DNA from: Synechococcus sp.
GTDB lineage: Bacteria; Cyanobacteriota; Cyanobacteriia; Thermostichales; PCC-7336
Direction of reading: 5' to 3'
Length of the DNA stretch: 22,652 nt
Assembly: GCA_051439425.1 (NCBI GenBank)
Contig: JBFRWD010000025.1
Coordinates: 1-22,652 of the forward strand
Positions within the stretch are counted from its first letter, which is position 1. Each line of letters starts with the position of its first letter. The notes beneath the pieces were generated by a model. It saw only the letters and a list, made by a program, of their open reading frames with translations, was not told where the DNA came from and searched no databases. Made by a program: the position numbers and the translations under genes. Shown here in pieces: positions 17,846-22,652 of the stretch.

Positions 17846-18946
17846 TTACTCGTCATCGCCCTCTAGGCTAACTTTGAAGACGTCACTGAAGACCTTCTGG
17901 ACTTTGTAGCCGGAGTCGATGGACTCTAGCGGATCTTTGCGCAGGCGGTGGCGCAAGCAGAGGACAATCACGCGACGAATGTCATCTAGCTCGACTTCAC
18001 TGCGTCCTTCTAAGGCTGCCAGGGCTTTGGCAGCGCGGTTGGTGACAATGTCGCCTCGTAGGCCGTCTACGTCTAGCTCGGCGCACACTTCAGAGATTTT
18101 GAGGCGCAGGTCGTGGGAGATGGTGACGTTGGCCAAGCGATCGCGAGCGTCTTGCAGCTGTTGCTGGGTTTCTTCCTGCTTGACGGAATACTCGACCAGG
18201 AACTCTTCAGGTGCAGAGTCAAACTGGGTGCGCTGCTCCACAATCTGCACTCGTAAATCGGGCTGACGCACGGTGCGGATTTCGGCGTGCATCCCGAAAC
18301 GGTCGAGCAATTGAGGTCGCAGTTCCCCTTCTTCCGGGTTGCCGGAGCCGACCAGTACGAACCGAGCAGGGTGGCGGATTGAGATACCTTCCCGCTCCAC
18401 GGTGTTCCAACCGGAAGCGGCCGAGTCTAATAAAACATCAACCAGGTGATCGTCCAGCAGGTTAACTTCGTCCACGTACAGGATGCCACGATTGGCTTTA
18501 GCCAGCAGACCGGGCTCGAATGCTTTCACACCTTCGGACAAGGCTTTTTCGATATCGATGGTGCCGCAGACGCGATCTTCGGTTGCCCCCAAGGGCAGGT
18601 CAACCATCGGCACTTGCTTGTGAGCAACGGGGATGTCGCTGCTGTCCGACTGCACCCGTTCCCAGGCTTCGTCGCTCATCAGTTCCCGCTGCTCGGGGTG
18701 ACTGTTGAATGGATCGTCGGCAATAACTTCGATTTCGGGCAGCAGGTCTGCCAGAGCGCGAATGGTGGTGGATTTTCCGGTACCGCGATCGCCCATGATC
18801 ATGACGCCGCCAATCTTCGGATCGATCACGTTCAGCATCAGGGCCAATTTCATTTCCTCTTGGCCCACGATGGCAGTAAAGGGAAATACAGGACGCTTTT
18901 TGGGTTTCACGGCAGCCGGACTTTCAAGAGCAGCAGTAGGCGACAT
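17846..18946 (-). CDS. chlI: Magnesium chelatase ATPase subunit I
   Basis: [79 protein letters not shown]. Confidence 0.98.
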   Translation of the reverse strand: MSPTAALESPAAVKPKKRPVFPFTAIVGQEEMKLALMLNVIDPKIGGVMIMGDRGTGKSTTIRALADLLPEIEVIADDPFNSHPEQRELMSDEAWERVQSDSSDIPVAHKQVPMVDLPLGATEDRVCGTIDIEKALSEGVKAFEPGLLAKANRGILYVDEVNLLDDHLVDVLLDSAASGWNTVEREGISIRHPARFVLVGSGNPEEGELRPQLLDRFGMHAEIRTVRQPDLRVQIVEQRTQFDSAPEEFLVEYSVKQEETQQQLQDARDRLANVTISHDLRLKISEVCAELDVDGLRGDIVTNRAAKALAALEGRSEVELDDIRRVIVLCLRHRLRKDPLESIDSGYKVQKVFSDVFKVSLEGDDE

Positions 18947-19228
18947 TACTAAAACATTTCAATTATCTTCAACTTCCGTATTATCGCCTCCAACTGTCAG
19001 TCTCCAAAGTGTCGACGAAAATCTCTTGGGTAAGCAGGTCGTGGTTTTCATGATTCCTGGTCTCCAACCGCTTGATTTGCAGCCTTGCGCCCCATTCCTG
19101 TAATCCCAGACACGTTAGAAATCCCGCCCGCACTGCAACAATTCGTTATGGTGAAGTTGCCTGTTTGAATTGCCAGTTTGAACTCAGGCGACAGACTTTT
19201 ACTCCTTGAATTGAACCGGATAGCCCCC

Positions 19229-19723
19229 ATGCCCGAACTGCCTGTGACCGTCTCCCAGCTTTTTGATGCCTCCAATCTAGTGGTGCTGCCCTTTTGGACG
19301 TTGATGATCCTGCTGCCCAAGTGGGGGGTGACTCGCCGCGTGATGTCTTCCTATATTCCGTTTGTGGGGTTGGCTCTGCTCTACATCTACCTGCTGGTGG
19401 GGACGATTACCCCCGAATCTGCTGAAGCATTGGCGAATCCCAACGTAACCACCATCGCCGAATTCTTTGCCGATGAACGCGCCGCCGCTACCGGATGGGT
19501 GCATTTTGTGGTGATGGATTTATTTGTTGGTCGCTGGGTGTATCTGGAAGGCCAGAGGACAGGTCTGTTTACCTCACATTCTGTAGCGTTGTGCCTGTTT
19601 GCCGGGCCGATTGGTTTGTTGACGCATATCCTGACCCAATGGTCGTGGGGGGCTTGGAAACAGTGGCGGGGGGATGACTCATCAGCCGATGACTCAGCGG
19701 CAAGTGAAACAGCGGATGCTTGA
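19229..19723 (+). CDS. ABA4-like (DUF4281) membrane protein
   Basis: VLPFWTLMILLPKW..TRRVM, GWVHFVVMDLFVGRWVY, LCLFAGPIGLLTH. ATG at 19229 preferred. Confidence 0.9.
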   Translation: MPELPVTVSQLFDASNLVVLPFWTLMILLPKWGVTRRVMSSYIPFVGLALLYIYLLVGTITPESAEALANPNVTTIAEFFADERAAATGWVHFVVMDLFVGRWVYLEGQRTGLFTSHSVALCLFAGPIGLLTHILTQWSWGAWKQWRGDDSSADDSAASETADA

Positions 19724-19775
19724 TCCAGGTAAGCAGGCGTGACACCGTAAGCACATCCGATTTGACAATACGTGT

Positions 19776-20255
19776 ATGGTCGTTAGTCCGTCCTGTCCCT
19801 GTGGCACTCAGAAACCGTATCCGGAGTGCTGCGGTCCATTCCATCGCGGCGATCGCTGTGCTCCCACTGCCGAGGCACTGATGCGATCTCGTTATGCTGC
19901 TTTTGCCACCGCTCATGTGGATTATTTGGTGGCTACGCACCATCCGTCGAAGCGCACGCTAGACGAGCGAGCGAGCTTAACGCAATCCTGCCAAGAAACC
20001 CTTTGGCTGGGGTTGGATGTTGTCGAAGTGCAAAACGGAGCTGCTGACGATACCGAAGGAGTGGTTGAATTCATTGCTAGATTTTCTGCAGGTATCCAAC
20101 TCGGTATGCTGCACGAGCGATCGCGGTTTGTGAAAGAGGACGGTCGTTGGTTGTATTTAGACGGTGTGCAAAATGACGGCAAGCCTCGCGGACGTAATGA
20201 CCCGTGTTGGTGTGGTAGCGATAAGAAATATAAGAAATGCCACGGCCGCAAGTAG
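19776..20255 (+). CDS. ychJ: YchJ family SEC-C motif metal-binding protein
   Basis: CPCGT...CCGPFH, TAEALMRSRYAAF, HERSRFVKEDGRWLYLDG, and C-terminal GRNDPCWCGSDKKYKKCHG. Confidence 0.93.
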   Translation: MVVSPSCPCGTQKPYPECCGPFHRGDRCAPTAEALMRSRYAAFATAHVDYLVATHHPSKRTLDERASLTQSCQETLWLGLDVVEVQNGAADDTEGVVEFIARFSAGIQLGMLHERSRFVKEDGRWLYLDGVQNDGKPRGRNDPCWCGSDKKYKKCHGRK

Positions 20256-20486
20256 TATAGCTGTCTGCAATCAGCTATGGAGAATCCTCCAGCCATTTTT
20301 CCCCGCAAATCAAGGGTTGGAGCTTTCCTCGCACTCCAGGCCTTACAGCGGATTGCTATATTCGCGCTATTAAATAAATCTGCGCTCGCAAATACTATCC
20401 AGCCGCAGATCGTGTCGCGACTGTCGCTGGGTCAATCTTAGTTGTAAAGACTGTGGGTTGACTGAGGATAGCTGGGAGAAAACTCG

Positions 20487-21407
20487 CTACTCAATCACGC
20501 GCTTGCGCACTTCCACAGCAGCTGGAGAACTGGCTGGTAGAGTTACATGTTCCACAGAAATGCGATTGCCTGATTGCTCTGGATGAATCCAGTTGGCTGC
20601 CAGCTCGGCAAAACGATCGCCATCATGGCCGCTGACACAGAAGCGAGTGGTCGTTGTGCGGCTGCGATAATTGCGCATACCCAGAAAATCTAGCTCGCGA
20701 GCGACGGCGGTTGCGAGCGAAACAGCTGGATCGATCAGCATGACAGAGTTTGGAATAGCTTGGCGGATAGCGGGTTCGATCAGGGGGTAGTGGGTACAGC
20801 CAGAAATCAAAGTGTCAATGCGGTGTTGTAGGAGGGGAGCCAGATAGTCTTGGACAGCCTCGTGCAAGTCAGTGGTATTTAGATGACCGGCTTCGATCAG
20901 AGGGACAAACTGGGGGCATGCTACCTCCCAACAGTCGAGATGCGGGTTAATTTCAGCGATCGCATTGCGATAGGCATGGCTGTTTGCTGTTGCTGCCGTC
21001 GCAATGACTCCAATCCGTCGCCCTTGCTTCACCGCTGCTCGTGCCCCTGGCAAAATTAGGCCGAGAATTGGCACCGGACAGGTGTCGCGCACGTGTTCTA
21101 GAGCCAAGGCCGAACTGGTGTTGCAGGCCATCACAATAGCTTTGACGGGCTGCTGCAGCATCCAGCCGACAATATCGCGGACGCCATGCACAATTTCTGC
21201 AGGAGACCGATCGCCATAGGGCAACCGCATCGTATCTCCCAAATAGATCAATGATTCACCGGGCAACTGCCGGCGTAATTCCTTCCAAACCGTTAAGCCA
21301 CCTACACCACTGTCAAAAATGCCAATCGGCAACGAGGATGCAACAGAACGCACGATCGGTACAAGCTCCTTGCGATGTAAGGGACGGGCTTGCTTGTGTG
21401 CAACCAC
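20487..21407 (-). CDS. murI: Glutamate racemase
   Basis: PIGIFDSGVGGLTV, YLGDTMRLPYGDRS, MACNTSS, GCTHYP. Start position uncertain. Confidence 0.96.
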   Translation of the reverse strand: MVAHKQARPLHRKELVPIVRSVASSLPIGIFDSGVGGLTVWKELRRQLPGESLIYLGDTMRLPYGDRSPAEIVHGVRDIVGWMLQQPVKAIVMACNTSSALALEHVRDTCPVPILGLILPGARAAVKQGRRIGVIATAATANSHAYRNAIAEINPHLDCWEVACPQFVPLIEAGHLNTTDLHEAVQDYLAPLLQHRIDTLISGCTHYPLIEPAIRQAIPNSVMLIDPAVSLATAVARELDFLGMRNYRSRTTTTRFCVSGHDGDRFAELAANWIHPEQSGNRISVEHVTLPASSPAAVEVRKRVIE

Positions 21408-21960
21408 CTAACGACTGGGCGTTAACCGTGACTCTTGGTATTAACCATAGTGTCAACGCCAACTTATCAAACGCGGAATAGATAAGTGGATGGTCGTTAG
21501 ATATATATGATGCCCACTTGCACGGGTGAGAGTGAAGTGAGAGACATAGGGAACAGTCTAGTAGATATTTCTACCGACAGGCGGTTTCTGGCTAACCCGA
21601 TATAGATTTTTCGGGATTGTACTGGACTGTCCAAAGAGAATTACTGTCTGGGGATGATGACATATCGATGTCAGCACACCAAGATTACCCCTCATTCTCT
21701 CAACAGCTTCCACCTGAATGATGAATGTCAAGAATCACGATGACGCATGAATGGATTCAGTATAGCGATCGCTCGGCGTTTTGCTATCGCCATTCGCTGT
21801 AAGGTCTAGAGTTCAATGACAGCTCAAAGCCTTAATCTACAAGGAGAAATGAGTGGAAAACTCTCCATCGCGGATTGCCTAGCACTATAGGTCTCGGTCG
21901 AAATTGGTGACATGACTGGGTCGACTGCGTTCATTTTAGATGCTCGATCTTCTGAGTTCG

Positions 21961-22652
21961 CTAGCGACCGTAGTAGCTTGCCACTCCGCGAACGATCGCC
22001 TGTGCCAGCCGCTCTTGATAGGCTGGTGAAGATAACCGCTGGGCTTCGGTTGGGTTGGTGAGGTAGCCCATCTCCAGTAGAACTGAGGGCATGGACGTGG
22101 GAGTTTCTCGCACCATATAAAAGCGAGCACGGCGGATGTTGCGATTGATTGCTCCCGTTCCAGCCAACAGGTTGCGGTGCATGGTTTGAGCTAAGCGGGC
22201 ACTGTCAGCACGCAAATAGTAGGTTTCTATGCCGCTAATTTCCGATCGCTCTAGCGCATTGACGTGGATGCTGACCAAAATATCGGCACCACCCGCTACG
22301 GCAGTATCGATGCGGGGTTGCAGGAGAATTTCGCGATCGTCCCGACGAGTCATGACTACCCCATAACCCTGCTGTTTGAGGAGTTGTTCAACTCGAGTGG
22401 CTACGGCCAGGGTAACCGTCTTTTCGTAAAGTCCTCCAACACCGAGTGCCCCCGGATCGCGGCCTCCGTGTCCGGCATCCAGCGCTACAACGATTCCGTT
22501 GGCGGCCGCAGTGGGCTCTGCACCGCGGCTGGGAGACAGGAGTAAATCTGGGCGAGGAACGGGGGTGGGGAGAGGATAGGGGAGTGGAGATTGGGTTGAT
22601 GGGGATTGAGAAGGGGCAGTCGCGAGGTTGTTGTATACCAGCTCTAGGGAGA
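21961..22652 (-). CDS. amiC: N-acetylmuramoyl-L-alanine amidase (Amidase_3, AmiC-type), 5' end outside the window
   Basis: The frame stays open upstream of the track ORF to the window edge. It reads a Pro-rich linker, then NGIVVALDAGHGGRDPGALG..LYEKTVTL, VSIHVNA and SVLLEMGYLTN. Confidence 0.92.
   Translation of the reverse strand, partial: SLELVYNNLATAPSQSPSTQSPLPYPLPTPVPRPDLLLSPSRGAEPTAAANGIVVALDAGHGGRDPGALGVGGLYEKTVTLAVATRVEQLLKQQGYGVVMTRRDDREILLQPRIDTAVAGGADILVSIHVNALERSEISGIETYYLRADSARLAQTMHRNLLAGTGAINRNIRRARFYMVRETPTSMPSVLLEMGYLTNPTEAQRLSSPAYQERLAQAIVRGVASYYGR

Larger units (their letters stand above)
1803..21772. repeat. Dispersed HIP1 octamers (GCGATCGC)
   Basis: Counted by eye at 1803, 5895, 8854, 9407, 9499, 10361, 11264, 11414, 12605, 13232, 14719, 15069, 17046, 17199, 17611, 18137, 18785, 19849, 20117, 20956 and 21765. 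Fewer than one copy is expected by chance. Confidence 0.9.

Noticed and set aside
22561..22617. G-run-rich tract as a potential G-quadruplex
   Set aside because: Explained by proline (CCN) codons of the amidase linker on the opposite strand.

Overview
Core chromosomal region of a cyanobacterium (about 21 HIP1 GCGATCGC octamers, chlI, cyanobacterial-type yidC) spanning the replication origin. From left to right: a partial pentapeptide-repeat gene; the minus-strand cluster rpmH-rnpA-PH-domain gene-yidC-jag-yceD (rpmH is missing from the ORF track); divergent dnaA; a 770-bp oriC with about 12 DnaA boxes, DnaA-trios and an AT-rich tract; and dnaN. Then come a small unknown protein resembling half of Tic22, a membrane pentapeptide-repeat protein, an orphan Phd/YefM antitoxin, gcvP, a DUF192 lipoprotein, a stand-alone sufS, an FMN reductase, a CHAD protein, chlI, ABA4-like, ychJ, murI and a partial AmiC amidase. 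I found no mobile element, CRISPR array, tRNA or rRNA. I cannot support a wholly new multi-gene system. The best leads are the ancestral-type oriC layout, the Tic22-like mini-protein, the toxin-less YefM with an altered C-terminus, the detached sufS with upstream palindromes, and an amphipathic N-terminal extension on GcvP. All family assignments come from motif recognition by eye, not from database searches.
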